DNA from: Pseudomonadota bacterium
Lineage (GTDB): Bacteria > Pseudomonadota > Gammaproteobacteria > Burkholderiales > JABEVD01
Length of the DNA: 64,000 nucleotides
Assembly (NCBI GenBank): GCA_021835845.1
Contig: JAKBJU010000001.1
Location: 76,908-140,907 of the forward strand
Direction: 5' to 3'
The translations under genes and the position numbers were made by a program. This document shows positions 49,091 to 61,093 of the stretch, piece after piece; position 1 is the stretch's first letter; each line of letters opens with the position of its first letter. The notes beneath the pieces were generated by a model. It searched no databases. It had not been told where the DNA came from and saw only the letters and a list, made by a program, of their open reading frames with translations.

Positions 49091-51357
49091 AAGCGCTCCA
49101 CGCTGATCGGGCCGAACATTGCGCCGAGCTCCGCGGTCAAGGGATGGCTAGACGCCACCCGCACGCAATTATCGGCAAGTCCGTTGTCCAGGGCGGCATT
49201 GGCCCTTGCCTCGCCGTCGTTTTGCCTGAGAAGCACAGGCTCCCCCTCGTTGATTCCAAGTTTCTTCATGAGCGCCGCATTCATGAATGCGCAGGGAGCA
49301 TTCGAGAGTGCGGTTTTCTGCAGCGCTTCGGCTCGCCTTGCAATGCCATCGGCAAAATAGATCGGCACGCACCCCACCCTTTGCAGCCCATCGACTATGG
49401 GCAGGGCTGCGGGCTCATTCTGTATGCTGTTGTCGCAAGATGCAAAGCCTGAAAGGCCGATCTCCTTCATGACGGATTCGGAATCCTCATAATCGAATCC
49501 CCCGACATCGAGCAAGTTGCCTAGCACGCGCAACACCTTCCAGCCGGGACGGGTTTCCCCTCTCGGCGCAACTGCGCCCTTGAAGCTCTGCACCCGTCCC
49601 TCGGTATTGACGAAAGTGCCCGAAGTCTCGGTAAAAGGAGCAATAGGCAGCATCACGTCGGCATATTCGTAAGCCTTGTGGCGGAAGGCCGAGAAGGCCA
49701 CCACCATTTCCGCCTTCTCCATGGCCGCCAGCGCAGCCCCAGGATTCGCCATATCGAGTTCGACTTCGGCATTCCAGAGGAGGTAGCCTTTCCGAGGATT
49801 TTCGACCATCTCAGCCGCATTCATGCCGCCCTGTCCGGGCAGGGCTTTGACGAGATGCCCGCCGACGCTGTTCGCCGCCTCTCCGAGAAAGCCGAATTTC
49901 GCCCCAGTCTTCTCGGCGATTTTTGATGCAAGATAATGCAGCCTTGCCGCTTCCGGATGCTGCTCGGCAAGGTTCCCGAGCAGAATCGCAACGCTCTTTC
50001 CAGATTTCAGGCTTTGCGCAATGTCCCTGGCCTCCCCTTTGCCTTTTCCGGCAAGCGCATTCAGGATTGCTTCCAGCATGCTCGGCATTTCCGAAGGAGG
50101 AACGACCGCACGGTTCGCAACCTTGATCCTGAAATTGTCCGAAGTCGGGTTGACGGTATTCACTTCGAGGCCGGACTTGGCCGCCTGCCTCATTCTGTTG
50201 GCAATGAGCGGATGATCCTGGCTCAGCATGCTGCCGATGACCAACACCCTGTCGAGAGAGGAAATTTCTGAAATTTTCATGCCGAGCCAGGGCGCTTTGG
50301 GGGCTTCCCTGAAATCAGAACGCCTCAGCCTGAAATCGACATTTTCGGAGCCGATGCCGCGCATCAGTTTCTGCAGCAGGTGAAGTTCCTCAAGGGTCGA
50401 ATGCGGCGTGACGAGCGCACCGATTGCAGATGCGCCGTGGCTGGATGCGATATCCTTCAGCCCCCTCGCGACATATTCAAGTGCGTCCTTCCATTCGACT
50501 TCGCGCCATTCCCCGCCCTGCTTGATCATGGGCTTTTCCAGCCTGTCTGGCGAATTCAGTCCCTCGTAGGAAAATCTGTCCTTGTCGGAAATCCAGCATT
50601 CGTTGATTTCTTCATTCTCGAAAGGCAATACGCGCAACACCCGGTTATTCTTGACCTGAACCGTCAGATTGCTGCCCAAAGCGCAATGCGGGCTCACCAC
50701 TTTGCGGCGGGAAAGCTCCCATCCTCTCGCCCTGTAGCGGAAAGGCTTGCTGGTGAGGGCGCCTACCGGACACAGATCGATCATGTTGCCGGAAAGCTCA
50801 GAATCCACGGTTTTGGACACGAAGGGCATGATCTCGGAATGTTCGCCGCGCCCTGCCATGCCGAGTTCCATGATCCCTGCGATTTCCTGGCCGAAACGCA
50901 CGCAGCGCGTGCAATGGATGCAGCGCGTCATGTCGGTCGAAATCAGCGCACCGAGATTCTTGTTGGGTACGACCCGCTTATCCTCGCCGTAACGCGAATC
51001 GACCCCACCGTATCCGACGGACAGATCCTGAAGCTGGCATTCCCCGCCCTGATCGCAGATCGGGCAGTCGAGCGGATGGTTGATCAGGAGAAACTCCATC
51101 ACCGCCTTTTGCGCGGCCACAGCAGGATCGGAATGGGTCCTGACCTTCATCCCGTTCGCTGCAGGCGTGGCACAGGCGGGAAGAGGTTTGGGCGCCTTTT
51201 CCACTTCCACAAGGCACATGCGACAGTTCGCAGCGATCGAAAGCTTCTTGTGGTAGCAAAAATGCGGCACGTAAATGCCGAGGCGGTTCGCGGCGTCCAT
51301 CACCGTGCTGCCCGCCGGCACGCTGACTGTCTTTCCGTCTATTTCGATTTCAAGCAT
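49087..51357 (-). CDS. nuoG: NADH-quinone oxidoreductase subunit G
   Basis: N-terminal 2Fe-2S and 4Fe-4S Cys clusters ([15 protein letters not shown]; [14 protein letters not shown]) followed by a molybdopterin-like domain. Confidence 0.95.
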   Translation of the reverse strand: MLEIEIDGKTVSVPAGSTVMDAANRLGIYVPHFCYHKKLSIAANCRMCLVEVEKAPKPLPACATPAANGMKVRTHSDPAVAAQKAVMEFLLINHPLDCPICDQGGECQLQDLSVGYGGVDSRYGEDKRVVPNKNLGALISTDMTRCIHCTRCVRFGQEIAGIMELGMAGRGEHSEIMPFVSKTVDSELSGNMIDLCPVGALTSKPFRYRARGWELSRRKVVSPHCALGSNLTVQVKNNRVLRVLPFENEEINECWISDKDRFSYEGLNSPDRLEKPMIKQGGEWREVEWKDALEYVARGLKDIASSHGASAIGALVTPHSTLEELHLLQKLMRGIGSENVDFRLRRSDFREAPKAPWLGMKISEISSLDRVLVIGSMLSQDHPLIANRMRQAAKSGLEVNTVNPTSDNFRIKVANRAVVPPSEMPSMLEAILNALAGKGKGEARDIAQSLKSGKSVAILLGNLAEQHPEAARLHYLASKIAEKTGAKFGFLGEAANSVGGHLVKALPGQGGMNAAEMVENPRKGYLLWNAEVELDMANPGAALAAMEKAEMVVAFSAFRHKAYEYADVMLPIAPFTETSGTFVNTEGRVQSFKGAVAPRGETRPGWKVLRVLGNLLDVGGFDYEDSESVMKEIGLSGFASCDNSIQNEPAALPIVDGLQRVGCVPIYFADGIARRAEALQKTALSNAPCAFMNAALMKKLGINEGEPVLLRQNDGEARANAALDNGLADNCVRVASSHPLTAELGAMFGPISVERL

Positions 51358-51367
51358 ATCTTGCCGT

Positions 51368-52636
51368 TCAAGAGGATACGATGCATTTCTGATGATCGAT
51401 GTGGTACTGGAACTCGTCCCTGAAGTGCTTGACGAAGCTCCTCACGGGCATCGCCGCAGCGTCGCCAAGTGCACAGATGGTCCGTCCCTGGATGTTGTCC
51501 GTCATGTTGAGCAGAAGGTCAAGATCTTCGCTCCGTCCCTTCCCGCTCTCTATCCTGTCCACCACGCGATACAGCCAGCCCGTTCCTTCCCGGCAGGGCG
51601 TGCATTGTCCGCAGGACTCCTCGTAATAGAAGTAGGATAGGCGACGCAGGGCGTTCACCATGCAGACCGTGTCGTCCATGATGATCACCGCCCCGGATCC
51701 CAGATAGGACCCCGCCTTGGCGATCGAATCGTAGTCCATGTCGAGTTCCATCATGATTTCGCCAGGCAGCACCGGCATCGAGGATCCGCCCGGGATGCAG
51801 GCCTTCAGCTTCCTGCCCCCTCTCATGCCGCCGGCCAATTCCAGCAGCTTGGCAAAAGGCGTCCCGAGCGGCACTTCGTAATTACCGGGCTTGTTCACAT
51901 GTCCCGAAACCGAAAAGAGCTTCGTTCCGCCGTTGTTGGGGCGTCCCAGTTCGAGGTATTTTTCTCCGCCGTGCAGAATGATCCAGGGCACGGATGCGAA
52001 AGTCTCGGTATTGTTGATGGTGGTCGGTTTGCCGTACAGACCGAAGCTTGCCGGAAAAGGCGGCTTGAAGCGGGGCTGTCCCTTTTTGCCTTCGATCGAT
52101 TCCAGCAAGGCAGTTTCCTCTCCGCAAATGTAGGCGCCGTAGCCCATGTGGTTGTGAAGCTGGAATGAAAATCCGCTTCCGAGAATGTTCTCGCCGAGAA
52201 ATCCCGCGGCACGCGCTTCTTCAAGGGCCTCTTCCGCCCTTTCGTAAACTTCGAAAATCTCACCGTGGATATAGTTGTAACCGGTCTTGATTCCCATGGC
52301 ATAAGCCGCAATGATCATCCCCTCGATCAGTTGATGCGGGTTGTGATAGAGGATGTCGCGGTCCTTGAAGGTTCCGGGCTCGCCCTCGTCCGAATTGCAG
52401 ACGAGATACTTGTCGCCTTCGTAATTCTTGGGCATGAAGCTCCATTTGAGCCCCGTCGGGAATCCCGCCCCGCCCCGCCCGCGCAATGCGGACTTCTTGA
52501 CCTCGTCGATCACCTGCTCGGGCGTCATCTTTTCAGCGAATATCTTCTTCAGCGCCGCATAGCCGTCGCGCTTCACATAATCGGCAAGACGCCATGCTCT
52601 GCCGCCGTCGAGTCCTTTGAGAAGAATCTGTTCCAT
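51368..52636 (-). CDS. nuoF: NADH-quinone oxidoreductase subunit F
   Basis: [10 protein letters not shown] (FMN/NADH site) and [12 protein letters not shown]. Start trimmed to MEQILL, 1 nt after the nuoE stop. Confidence 0.95.
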   Translation of the reverse strand: MEQILLKGLDGGRAWRLADYVKRDGYAALKKIFAEKMTPEQVIDEVKKSALRGRGGAGFPTGLKWSFMPKNYEGDKYLVCNSDEGEPGTFKDRDILYHNPHQLIEGMIIAAYAMGIKTGYNYIHGEIFEVYERAEEALEEARAAGFLGENILGSGFSFQLHNHMGYGAYICGEETALLESIEGKKGQPRFKPPFPASFGLYGKPTTINNTETFASVPWIILHGGEKYLELGRPNNGGTKLFSVSGHVNKPGNYEVPLGTPFAKLLELAGGMRGGRKLKACIPGGSSMPVLPGEIMMELDMDYDSIAKAGSYLGSGAVIIMDDTVCMVNALRRLSYFYYEESCGQCTPCREGTGWLYRVVDRIESGKGRSEDLDLLLNMTDNIQGRTICALGDAAAMPVRSFVKHFRDEFQYHIDHQKCIVSS

Positions 52637-52637
52637 G

Positions 52638-53111
52638 TTATTCGAGCTCCGCCAGAATTCTGTCGACTTCGGCAAAAGAAAGCGATCCGCACATCTTTCT
52701 GTTGTTCAGCAGGAACACCGGGGCATAGCCGCAGGAACCGAAGCACTCCCCTTCCTTGAGCGTGATTTTTCCATCGGCAGTCGTCTCGTTGAACCCGATT
52801 CCCAGCTTCTTCTTGAGGTAGGCTGCGACATCATTCGCCCCGGACAATGCACAAGGTAGGTTGGTGCACAGGGTGATCTTGTATTTCCCGACCGGCTCCA
52901 GGTTGTACATGTTGTAGAAGCTCGCAACTTCAAAGACGGCGATCGGTTCCATGCCGAGATAGTCCGCAACGAAGTCCATGGTCTCGGGAGAAAGCCAGCC
53001 CTTCTCGTCCTGTGCAATCCTGAGCGCCGCCATCACGGCGGACTGCTTCTGGTCCGGAGGGTACTTGGCGACTTCCTTGTCGATTTTCTTGAGCGATTCG
53101 GAGCCTAGCAT
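52638..53111 (-). CDS. nuoE: NADH-quinone oxidoreductase subunit E
   Basis: 2Fe-2S ligands (..CTNLPCAL.. and ..CFGSCGYAP). Start trimmed to MLGSESL, sharing one nt with the nuoD stop. Confidence 0.9.
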   Translation of the reverse strand: MLGSESLKKIDKEVAKYPPDQKQSAVMAALRIAQDEKGWLSPETMDFVADYLGMEPIAVFEVASFYNMYNLEPVGKYKITLCTNLPCALSGANDVAAYLKKKLGIGFNETTADGKITLKEGECFGSCGYAPVFLLNNRKMCGSLSFAEVDRILAELE

Positions 53112-54364
53112 CACCTGTCGACCTCCCCGAAAACGATATCCTGGGTGCCGATGATGGCGACGACGTCGGCAATCATGTGTCCTTTCGACATTTCGTCGAG
53201 CGCTGCGAGATGAGCGAAACCCGGGGCGCGGATTTTCAACCGGTAGGGCTTGTTGGCACCGTCCGAGACCAGATAAATCCCAAACTCCCCCTTGGGATGC
53301 TCGACTGCAGCGTAAGCCTCCCCTTCGGGAACATGCATCCCTTCCGTGAAGAGCTTGAAGTGATGGATCAGATCTTCCATCTTGTCTTTCATCGACGCAC
53401 GGGAAGGCGGCGCCACCTTGTGGTTGCCCGTGATCACGGGACCTGGGTTGGCGCGCAGCCAGTCCACGCATTGCTTGATGATGCGATTCGACTGGCGCAT
53501 TTCTTCCACTCTCACGAGATAACGGTCGTAGCAGTCGCCGTTGACGCCCACCGGAATGTCAAAGTCGAGCCTGTCGTAAACCTCGTAGGGCTGCTTCTTG
53601 CGCAGATCCCATTCTATCCCCGAGCCTCTCAGCATGGGACCGGTGAAGCCGAGCTGAAGCGCGCGTTCCGGGGAAACCACGCCGACACCCACCGTGCGCA
53701 TCTTCCAGATGCGGTTCTCGGTAAGCAGGGTCTCGTATTCGTCGACGTATCTGGGGAAGCGCCGCGTGAAATCCTCTATGAAGTCGAGAAGCGAGCCCTG
53801 GCGGTTCTCGTTCATCGATTTCACTGCCGCGGCATTGTGCACCTTGGACGCCTGATACTGCGGCATGACATCAGGAAGATCGCGATAGACTCCTCCCGGG
53901 CGATAATAAGCAGCATGCATCCTGGCACCCGAAGCCGCCTCGTAGCAATCCAGCAGATCCTCGCGCTCGCGGAAAGCATAAAGAAATACCGTCATCGCGC
54001 CGATGTCGAGTGCATGCGCCCCGAGCCAGAGCAGGTGATTCAGAAGCCTAGTGATCTCGTCGAACATCACGCGGATATACTGCGCGCGCAACGGCACCTC
54101 GATCTGCAGCAGCTTCTCGATCGCCATCACATAGGCATGTTCGTTGCACATCATCGAGACATAATCAAGACGGTCCATGTAGGGCACGGACTGGAGAAAG
54201 GTCTTGTTTTCTGCGAGTTTCTCGGTCCCCCTGTGCAGCAGACCGATATGCGGGTCAGCCCGCTCGATGACCTCGCCGTCGAGTTCGAGCACGAGACGCA
54301 GCACGCCGTGGGCGGCAGGATGCTGCGGTCCGAAATTGAGCGTGTAATTCCTGATTTCAGCCAT
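53111..54364 (-). CDS. nuoD: NADH-quinone oxidoreductase subunit D
   Basis: 417 aa, [15 protein letters not shown]...DIVFGEVDR. Separate from nuoC (not fused). Confidence 0.95.
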   Translation of the reverse strand: MAEIRNYTLNFGPQHPAAHGVLRLVLELDGEVIERADPHIGLLHRGTEKLAENKTFLQSVPYMDRLDYVSMMCNEHAYVMAIEKLLQIEVPLRAQYIRVMFDEITRLLNHLLWLGAHALDIGAMTVFLYAFREREDLLDCYEAASGARMHAAYYRPGGVYRDLPDVMPQYQASKVHNAAAVKSMNENRQGSLLDFIEDFTRRFPRYVDEYETLLTENRIWKMRTVGVGVVSPERALQLGFTGPMLRGSGIEWDLRKKQPYEVYDRLDFDIPVGVNGDCYDRYLVRVEEMRQSNRIIKQCVDWLRANPGPVITGNHKVAPPSRASMKDKMEDLIHHFKLFTEGMHVPEGEAYAAVEHPKGEFGIYLVSDGANKPYRLKIRAPGFAHLAALDEMSKGHMIADVVAIIGTQDIVFGEVDR

Positions 54365-54367
54365 ATC

Positions 54368-54940
54368 TCAAGCCTTGCCGTAGTTCTCTTCGCGCACGAT
54401 GCGCGGAGTGATTTCCCTTGGCGGGATACTGACCGGCTGGTACACGACCCGCCCGAGATGCTCGTCGTAACGCATCTCGACGTTGCCGGAGAGCGGAAAA
54501 TCCTTGCGGAACGGGTTTCCAATGAACCCGTAATCGGTCAGTATCCTTCTCAGGTCGGGATGACCGGAAAATACGATGCCGAAAAGATCGAATGCTTCCC
54601 GCTCGTACCAGTTGGCCGACGCCCACACGCCGATGCAGGAATCCAGGACCGGAAAATCGTCGTCCCGAGCGAATATTCTCACCCTCAGCCTTTCGTTGTT
54701 ACCGACCGAAAGCAGATGATAGACGGCGGCGAAGCGCGCTCCATCCCGCCTACCGTCGCCGTAGGTCGAATAATCCACGCCACAAAGATCGATGAGTTGC
54801 TCGAAACCAGCATTTTTGAGAAGCGTCAGGGAATCGATCATGCCATCGGAAGCAACTTCGATCGTGGCCTCCCCCAATCTATCCGTAAAGCCCAGCAAGG
54901 AATCTCCGAGCAGGGATTCAAGTTGCGTTTTGTCGATCAT
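54368..54940 (-). CDS. nuoC: NADH-quinone oxidoreductase subunit C
   Basis: 190 aa, ..[24 protein letters not shown]. Confidence 0.9.
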   Translation of the reverse strand: MIDKTQLESLLGDSLLGFTDRLGEATIEVASDGMIDSLTLLKNAGFEQLIDLCGVDYSTYGDGRRDGARFAAVYHLLSVGNNERLRVRIFARDDDFPVLDSCIGVWASANWYEREAFDLFGIVFSGHPDLRRILTDYGFIGNPFRKDFPLSGNVEMRYDEHLGRVVYQPVSIPPREITPRIVREENYGKA

Positions 54941-55419
54941 GATTGTCTGGCGATGGTGTTGGTGCGCTTGATCTTGTTCTGCAGCTGAATGATGCCGTAG
55001 AGCAATGCTTCAGCCGTAGGCGGGCATCCCGGAACATAGATGTCGACGGGCACGATGCGGTCGCACCCTCTGACAACCGAATAGGAATAATGGTAATAGC
55101 CGCCGCCGTTGGCGCAGGAGCCCATGGAAATGACCCAGCGCGGTTCCGCCATCTGATCGTAAACCTTTCTGAGCGCAGGGGCCATCTTGTTGCAGAGGGT
55201 ACCGGCCACGATCATCACATCGGCCTGCCTCGGGCTCGCCCTGAATACCACGCCGAAACGATCGAGATCGTAGCGCGATGCACCCGCATGCATCATCTCC
55301 ACGGCGCAACAGGCGAGACCGAAAGTCATCGGCCAAAGGGACCCGGTACGCGCCCAATTGACGACATGGTCGATCCGCGTAGTCGCAAACCCCTTTTCCA
55401 GGACGCCTTCTATTCCCAT
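54937..55419 (-). CDS. nuoB: NADH-quinone oxidoreductase subunit B
   Basis: [10 protein letters not shown], ..[10 protein letters not shown].., CPP. Start trimmed to [10 protein letters not shown], overlapping the nuoA end by 10 nt. Confidence 0.95.
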   Translation of the reverse strand: MGIEGVLEKGFATTRIDHVVNWARTGSLWPMTFGLACCAVEMMHAGASRYDLDRFGVVFRASPRQADVMIVAGTLCNKMAPALRKVYDQMAEPRWVISMGSCANGGGYYHYSYSVVRGCDRIVPVDIYVPGCPPTAEALLYGIIQLQNKIKRTNTIARQS

Positions 55420-55766
55420 TCCAGCGCCCCCTTCATCCATTCGTAAGCAAAACCAACGGTCAGAATGCCAAGAAATATCAGCATCGCAACGAAACCGAAC
55501 ATGCCGATCTCCTTCAGCACAATGGCCCAGGGGAACAGGAATGCAATCTCGAGATCGAAAAGAATGAAAAGAATTGCGACGAGGTAGTAGCGCACATCGA
55601 ATTTCATCCTGGCATCCTCGAATGCCTCGAAACCGCATTCATAGGAGGAAAGTTTTTCGCTGTCGGGACGGTGCGGAGCCAGGATCGCCCCTGCAAGCAT
55701 GGGCGCAACCCCCATGGCGATGCCGACAAAAATGAATAGCAGAACAGGAAAATAGCCTTCCAGCAT
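55410..55766 (-). CDS. nuoA: NADH-quinone oxidoreductase subunit A
   Basis: 118 aa with 3 TM helices, ..[12 protein letters not shown]. Confidence 0.9.
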   Translation of the reverse strand: MLEGYFPVLLFIFVGIAMGVAPMLAGAILAPHRPDSEKLSSYECGFEAFEDARMKFDVRYYLVAILFILFDLEIAFLFPWAIVLKEIGMFGFVAMLIFLGILTVGFAYEWMKGALEWE

Positions 55767-55857
55767 AATGCCCCTCCAAACATTACCTCGGGCCAGGCCC
55801 GGGACCGGTTTATCGCTTACCGGTTATCATTCTCATCAAAAGATGCTTATTCTAATT

Positions 55858-55942
55858 TGGTGCCGATGGCCAGACTCGAACTGGCACAGCTTGCGCTACC
55901 GCCCCCTCAAGACGGCGTGTCTACCAATTTCACCACATCGGC
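55858..55942 (-). tRNA. tRNA-Leu (anticodon GAG)
   Basis: 85-nt class II tRNA, GCCGATGTGGTGAAATTGGTAGACAC, loop UUGAGGG, long variable arm, encoded CCA. Confidence 0.9.
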
Positions 55943-55998
55943 ATTCGAGAGACATACAACCCCTCAATTCTAATTTAACCGGCCTTTTCCGGCAAACA

Positions 55999-56307
55999 TT
56001 ATTTCGGAATCTCGCCAGATTTCGGCGCCTGAGCGGGCTTGGCAACTACGCTCGCCATTACACCCTTGGACGCGGCCTTGTGGCTTGAAACATAAGTCAA
56101 TGTCAGGCTTGTCGCAAAAAAAACCGCGGCCAGAACAGCTGTCGTCCGACTCAAGAAACTCGCCGAACCGCTCGAGCCGAAAAGGCTGCCAGCCGAACCA
56201 CTGCCGAAAGCCGCCCCCATGTCCGCGCCCTTGCCATGCTGCAAAAGCACAAGGGTGATGATGCCAATGGCAGCCAAGGCATGAAAAACAAGAATAAGTG
56301 TATCCAT
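55999..56307 (-). CDS. secG: Preprotein translocase subunit SecG
   Basis: LVLLQHGKGADMGAAFGSGSAGSLFGSSGSASFLSR. Confidence 0.9.
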   Translation of the reverse strand: MDTLILVFHALAAIGIITLVLLQHGKGADMGAAFGSGSAGSLFGSSGSASFLSRTTAVLAAVFFATSLTLTYVSSHKAASKGVMASVVAKPAQAPKSGEIPK

Positions 56308-56313
56308 ATCGCT

Positions 56314-57060
56314 TCAGGCCGCTGCGCGGCAAATATCACAAAAATCAGACGCCACGAGAGACGCCCCTCCAATCAGCCCACCGTCGATATCAGGCATCGC
56401 AAAGAGCTCTGCAGCATTGGAAGACTTCACGCTGCCCCCGTAGAGAATGCGCACCTTTCCAGCCACCTCCGAACTCATCAATGCGACGCGCTCCCGCAAA
56501 TGCCGGTGCACATCCTGCGCCTGCTGCGGCGTTGCCGTTTTACCCGTACCTATCGCCCAAACAGGCTCATACGCCAAAATGGCATTTTCCAGGGCAGACA
56601 CCCCCACGAATCCCGCCACGGCATCCAGCTGTTCGCCAACCACGGCAAAAGTCGAACCCGCCTCGCGCTCGGAAAGGGTTTCACCTACGCAGAGTATAGG
56701 AACAAGCCCCGCATCCTGCGCGGCCCTGAACTTCTCTGCGACAGTCATGCTGGTCTCGCCAAAAATGGCGCGCCGCTCCGAGTGTCCGATAATAACATAG
56801 CTGCAACCGAAATCCTTCAGCATGGCAGCCGAAACTTCTCCGGTATAAGCCCCCCTCTCATACTGCGAGAGATTCTGCGCACCCCACGCCACATGCGTGC
56901 CCTGAAGCTTTTCTTGCAGCTGGAAAAGATAGGGATAAGGCGCGCAGCAAACCACACCGGGGAATTCACGAGTCCCCGCGACGACCCCATCGAGCAGCGC
57001 CTCGTTCTCGGCAAGACTCCCGTTCATCTTCCAGTTGCCCGCGACCAATTTTTGACGCAT
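56314..57060 (-). CDS. tpiA: Triose-phosphate isomerase
   Basis: [29 protein letters not shown]. Start trimmed to [14 protein letters not shown]. Confidence 0.95.
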   Translation of the reverse strand: MRQKLVAGNWKMNGSLAENEALLDGVVAGTREFPGVVCCAPYPYLFQLQEKLQGTHVAWGAQNLSQYERGAYTGEVSAAMLKDFGCSYVIIGHSERRAIFGETSMTVAEKFRAAQDAGLVPILCVGETLSEREAGSTFAVVGEQLDAVAGFVGVSALENAILAYEPVWAIGTGKTATPQQAQDVHRHLRERVALMSSEVAGKVRILYGGSVKSSNAAELFAMPDIDGGLIGGASLVASDFCDICRAAA

Positions 57061-57179
57061 CGATAATCCCCGAGCAAAAAACGGTCCAATGTTACCCTTG
57101 AAAACCAGGGTGGTCAATTCCAGATCCGATTGATGTTAGCCAGCGCATCGATTAAGCGCTCCGAACCGGATTTTATCAA

Positions 57180-57212
57180 TGTAACAATACTGAAACATCC
57201 ATCAACTATGAT
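57180..57212 (+). promoter_or_regulatory. Candidate Pho-box-type promoter of pstSCAB
   Basis: 11-bp-phased direct repeats TGTAACAATAC / TGAAACATCCA occupy the -35 position, followed after 5 nt by a TATGAT -10. The match to the CTGTCAT consensus is only partial. Confidence 0.35.
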
Positions 57213-57297
57213 TCCCATTGCAAAACTCAAAGGGGAAGCTGCGGCGACCTCGGTCCATTTCATCAACACCATCATGTACGCTGAAGAAGGAGCATAA

Positions 57298-58350
57298 ATG
57301 TCCGTTTTTAAAACCCGAAATCTGATCATTGCCTCTGCAATGGCTTATGGCATGACTGTCGCCACTAGCGCTTTCTCAGCCGACATCACCGGCGCCGGCT
57401 CCACTTTCATTTATCCCGTCAATGCAAAATGGGCTGAAGCCTACAAGATGAAGACGGGCGTCGGCCTCAACTACCAATCGATCGGATCCGGCGGCGGCAT
57501 CAAGCAGATCAATGCCAAGACCGTCGATTTCGGCGCGTCGGACATGCCCCTGACCCCTGACGAACTGAAACAGGCAGGGCTGACGCAGTTCCCGGCAGTG
57601 ATGGGTGCCGAAGTGCTGGCAGTCAACCTCCCTGGCGTCAAGAAGGGCGAGATCAAGCTGAACGGCGCGCTGATTGCCGACATCTACCTCGGCAAGATCA
57701 AGAACTGGAACGATCACGCCATCGCCGCGGCCAACCCGGGCGTCAAGCTGCCCGACACGAAAATCACCGTGGTTCACCGCTCGGACGGTTCGGGCACAAC
57801 CTTCATCTTCACCAATTATCTCTCCAAGGTCAGCCCGGAATGGAAGAGCAAGGTCGGCATGGGCACTTCGGTGGACTTTCCCTCGGGAGTCGGCGGCAAG
57901 GGTAACGAAGGTGTCGCTTCCTACGTCCAGCGCATCAAGGGTTCCATCGGCTATGTCGAATACGCCTATGCGCTGCAGAACAATATGGTCTACACCCAAC
58001 TGGAGAGCCGCGACGGCACCTACCTGATGCCGACCATGGAAACCTTCCAGGCTGCAGCAGCAGGCGCTGACTGGGAACATGCATCCGGATTCTACGAAAT
58101 CCTGACCAACGAAGAAGGCAAGAAATCCTGGCCGATCACGGGCGCAACCTTCATCCTGATGCATACCGTGCAGGACAAGCCCGCCAATGCCAAGGAAGTG
58201 CTGAAGTTTTATTCCTGGGCTTTCGACAATGGCGCAAAAATTGCCGAGCAACTGGTATATGTGCCGATGCCTCCTTCCGTCGTGAAGCTGATCAAGCAGT
58301 CCTGGCATAACCAGATCAAGGATACTGCTGGGAATTACGTCTGGAACTAA
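57298..58350 (+). CDS. pstS: Phosphate ABC transporter substrate-binding protein
   Basis: Signal peptide followed by ITGAGSTFIYPV...YQSIGSGGGI...HRSDGSGTTF. GAAGGAG SD. Confidence 0.95.
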   Translation: MSVFKTRNLIIASAMAYGMTVATSAFSADITGAGSTFIYPVNAKWAEAYKMKTGVGLNYQSIGSGGGIKQINAKTVDFGASDMPLTPDELKQAGLTQFPAVMGAEVLAVNLPGVKKGEIKLNGALIADIYLGKIKNWNDHAIAAANPGVKLPDTKITVVHRSDGSGTTFIFTNYLSKVSPEWKSKVGMGTSVDFPSGVGGKGNEGVASYVQRIKGSIGYVEYAYALQNNMVYTQLESRDGTYLMPTMETFQAAAAGADWEHASGFYEILTNEEGKKSWPITGATFILMHTVQDKPANAKEVLKFYSWAFDNGAKIAEQLVYVPMPPSVVKLIKQSWHNQIKDTAGNYVWN

Positions 58351-58377
58351 AATCTGCAACATAATTTGATCTATAAT

Positions 58378-58399
58378 AAGGGGCCTTCTTCGGCCCCTT
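58378..58399 (+). terminator. Intra-operon hairpin after pstS (attenuator/partial terminator)
   Basis: AAGGGGCC-TTCTTC-GGCCCCTT, a perfect 8-bp stem followed by ATTAATT. Confidence 0.6.
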
Positions 58400-58424
58400 A
58401 TTAATTCAAACCGCTTAATGCTTA

Positions 58425-59390
58425 ATGACAAAACTAAAAACCACAGAATCCAGGGAAAAGTTTCAGGCATTTCTTGACCTGGCTTTCAAACTGACCACAA
58501 GGTTCTTTGCTTTCGCCGTCCTTGCCCTGCTCGCGGGCATCATCATCGAGCTATTCATCGGTGCCATGCCGTCGATCAAGGCATTCGGCTGGAAGTTTTT
58601 CACAAGCACGGACTGGAATCCGGTCGAAGTGAAGTTCGGTTCCGTTATCCAGGTCTACGGTACGCTGGTCACATCCCTCATCGCGCTTCTGATCGGCATT
58701 CCGGTCAGCTTCGGCATCGCACTCTACCTCACCGAACTGTCTCCGAAATGGCTCAAACGCCCGCTCGGCATTGCCATCGAACTGCTGGCCGGAATACCCA
58801 GCATCATTTACGGCATGTGGGGACTTTTCGTTTTCGCGCCTCACCTTGCAGACCATTTCCAGCCCTGGCTGATCGATCACCTCGGCCCGATTCCGGGGAT
58901 CGGCATGCTCTTTCAGGGTGCGCCGATGGGCATCGGCATGCTCACAGCAGGCATCATCCTTGGCATCATGATCATCCCTTTCATCGCCTCGGTCATGCGC
59001 GACGTTTTCGAAATCGTCCCCCCGACCCTGAAAGAATCCGCCTATGCCGTCGGCTGCACGACCTGGGAGGTGGTATGGAACGTCGTCCTTCCCTACACCA
59101 AAATCGGCGTCGTGGGCGGCATCATGCTCGGTCTCGGACGCGCACTGGGTGAAACGATGGCAGTGACTTTCGTCATCGGCAATGCCCAGAATTTCAGCTT
59201 TTCCCTGCTCGACCCAGGAAGCAGCATCGCCTCCACCCTAGCCAACGAATTCAATGAAGCTTTCGGAGACGTGTATACTTCCGCCCTGATCGAACTCGGG
59301 CTGATCATGTTCGTGATCACGTTCATCGTGCTGGCCCTGTCGAAACTGCTCCTGTTCCAACTGGGCAAACGTGAAGGCGAAAAAACATGA
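58425..59390 (+). CDS. pstC: Phosphate ABC transporter permease PstC
   Basis: 321 aa with 6 TM helices and the EAA-type loop ..[13 protein letters not shown]. Confidence 0.9.
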   Translation: MTKLKTTESREKFQAFLDLAFKLTTRFFAFAVLALLAGIIIELFIGAMPSIKAFGWKFFTSTDWNPVEVKFGSVIQVYGTLVTSLIALLIGIPVSFGIALYLTELSPKWLKRPLGIAIELLAGIPSIIYGMWGLFVFAPHLADHFQPWLIDHLGPIPGIGMLFQGAPMGIGMLTAGIILGIMIIPFIASVMRDVFEIVPPTLKESAYAVGCTTWEVVWNVVLPYTKIGVVGGIMLGLGRALGETMAVTFVIGNAQNFSFSLLDPGSSIASTLANEFNEAFGDVYTSALIELGLIMFVITFIVLALSKLLLFQLGKREGEKT

Positions 59391-60229
59391 ATCTGTATCG
59401 CAAGCGCCGCCTCATCAATGGGCTCAACCTGACGCTTTCCATGGTGGCCATGGCGTTCGGCCTGTTCTGGCTCGGCTGGATTCTCTGGACGCTGATCGAC
59501 AAGGGTCTCACCAGCATCTCTCTCGACGTTTTCACGAAAATGACTCCGGCCCCGGGGAGCAGCGGCGGACTTTTGAATGCCATGGCCGGGAGCATCGCCA
59601 TGACCCTGGCAGGCGTTGTAATCGGCACGCCAGTCGGGGTGCTCGCAGGAACCTATCTCGCCGAATACGGCCAGAAAGGCTGGCTTGCCCCAGCCACGCG
59701 CTTCATCAACGACATTCTGCTTTCGGCGCCGTCGATCGTGATCGGCCTTTTCGTCTATGAAGTCTATGTCGCATCGACCCATCACTTTTCAGGCTGGGCC
59801 GGCGCATTCGCACTCGCATTGATCGTGATACCGGTCGTGGTGCGCACTACCGAAAACATGCTCAAGCTGGTACCGAACGGTTTGAGGGAAGCCGCAGCCG
59901 CACTTGGCGCGCCCCAGTGGAAAGTCATCGTTCTGGTGACCCTGCGCGCATCGAAAGCCGGCATCGTCACCGGGATTTTGCTGGCGCTTTCCCGCATCAG
60001 CGGTGAAACTGCGCCGCTGCTCTTTACCGCGCTCAACAATTCCTTCTGGAACGCCAACATGAATGCGCCCATGGCCAATCTTCCCGTGGTGATTTTCCAG
60101 TTCGCGATGAGCCCTTACGATGATTGGCACAAACTCGCATGGGCAGGTGCGCTTCTGATTACCTTCGGTGTGCTCGGGCTCAATATCCTGACCCGGCTCG
60201 TCTTCCGAAGCAAAACAACCTTACATTAA
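59387..60229 (+). CDS. pstA: Phosphate ABC transporter permease PstA
   Basis: 280 aa, ..[14 protein letters not shown]... ATGA overlap with pstC. Confidence 0.9.
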   Translation: MNLYRKRRLINGLNLTLSMVAMAFGLFWLGWILWTLIDKGLTSISLDVFTKMTPAPGSSGGLLNAMAGSIAMTLAGVVIGTPVGVLAGTYLAEYGQKGWLAPATRFINDILLSAPSIVIGLFVYEVYVASTHHFSGWAGAFALALIVIPVVVRTTENMLKLVPNGLREAAAALGAPQWKVIVLVTLRASKAGIVTGILLALSRISGETAPLLFTALNNSFWNANMNAPMANLPVVIFQFAMSPYDDWHKLAWAGALLITFGVLGLNILTRLVFRSKTTLH

Positions 60230-60238
60230 GATACGACT

Positions 60239-61012
60239 ATGGAAGCTCTGAAATCGCTCAAGCCCAAAATCGAGGTCCGCAACCTCAATTTTTATTACGG
60301 CAAATACCATGCGCTGCGCTCGATCAACCTCACCATGCCCGAGAAGAAGGTCACGGCTTTCATCGGACCTTCCGGATGCGGGAAGTCTACGCTGCTCAGA
60401 ACCATGAACTGCATGTACGCCCTGTACCCGAATCAGAGGGCTGTCGGTGAAATCATGATCGACGAGGAAAACATCCTGGACGGCAAGCGCGATCTCAACA
60501 GCCTCAGGGCGAAAATCGGCATGGTCTTCCAGAAGCCAACCCCTTTCCCGATGTCGATCTACGACAACATCGCATTCGGCGTCAAACTCCATGAAAAGCT
60601 GGGGCGTGGAGACATGGACGACCGCGTGGAATGGGCACTCAAAAAAGCAGCCCTTTGGGATGAAGTGAAAGACAAGCTCAAGCAGAGTGGAAACAGCCTT
60701 TCGGGTGGACAGCAGCAGCGCCTTTGCATCGCGCGCGGCATCGCCGTCAAGCCCGAGGTATTGCTGCTCGACGAACCCGCTTCCGCGCTCGATCCCATTT
60801 CGACCGCCAGGATCGAGGAACTCATCACCGAACTGAAGGAAGACTACACGATCGTCATCGTGACCCACAACATGCAGCAGGCGGCGCGCGTATCCGATTT
60901 CACCGCCTATCTCTATCTCGGGGAATTGATCGAATTCGGCGAGACCACTTCGATCTTCACCACCCCGAAGCAGAAGGCGACGGAAGACTACATCACGGGA
61001 AGATTCGGCTAA
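60239..61012 (+). CDS. pstB: Phosphate ABC transporter ATP-binding protein
   Basis: Walker [36 protein letters not shown]. Confidence 0.95.
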   Translation: MEALKSLKPKIEVRNLNFYYGKYHALRSINLTMPEKKVTAFIGPSGCGKSTLLRTMNCMYALYPNQRAVGEIMIDEENILDGKRDLNSLRAKIGMVFQKPTPFPMSIYDNIAFGVKLHEKLGRGDMDDRVEWALKKAALWDEVKDKLKQSGNSLSGGQQQRLCIARGIAVKPEVLLLDEPASALDPISTARIEELITELKEDYTIVIVTHNMQQAARVSDFTAYLYLGELIEFGETTSIFTTPKQKATEDYITGRFG

Positions 61013-61093
61013 CCGGCAGATAGCCGATCGGTTTTTCTGGCGGCGGCGCGCTTACGACGGCTCCCGTGAGCATCAGCATGCTCATGCCGCCGA

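Noticed and set aside
53177-54988. 603-aa ORF antisense to nuoD/nuoC. Similar long antisense ORFs are 47126-48631, 45518-46774, 50380-51423, 43808-44473 and 42428-43150 across the nuo operon.
   Set aside because: All are mirror frames of highly conserved complex I genes. They are Arg/His/Gly/Asp-rich with no start context or recognisable domains.
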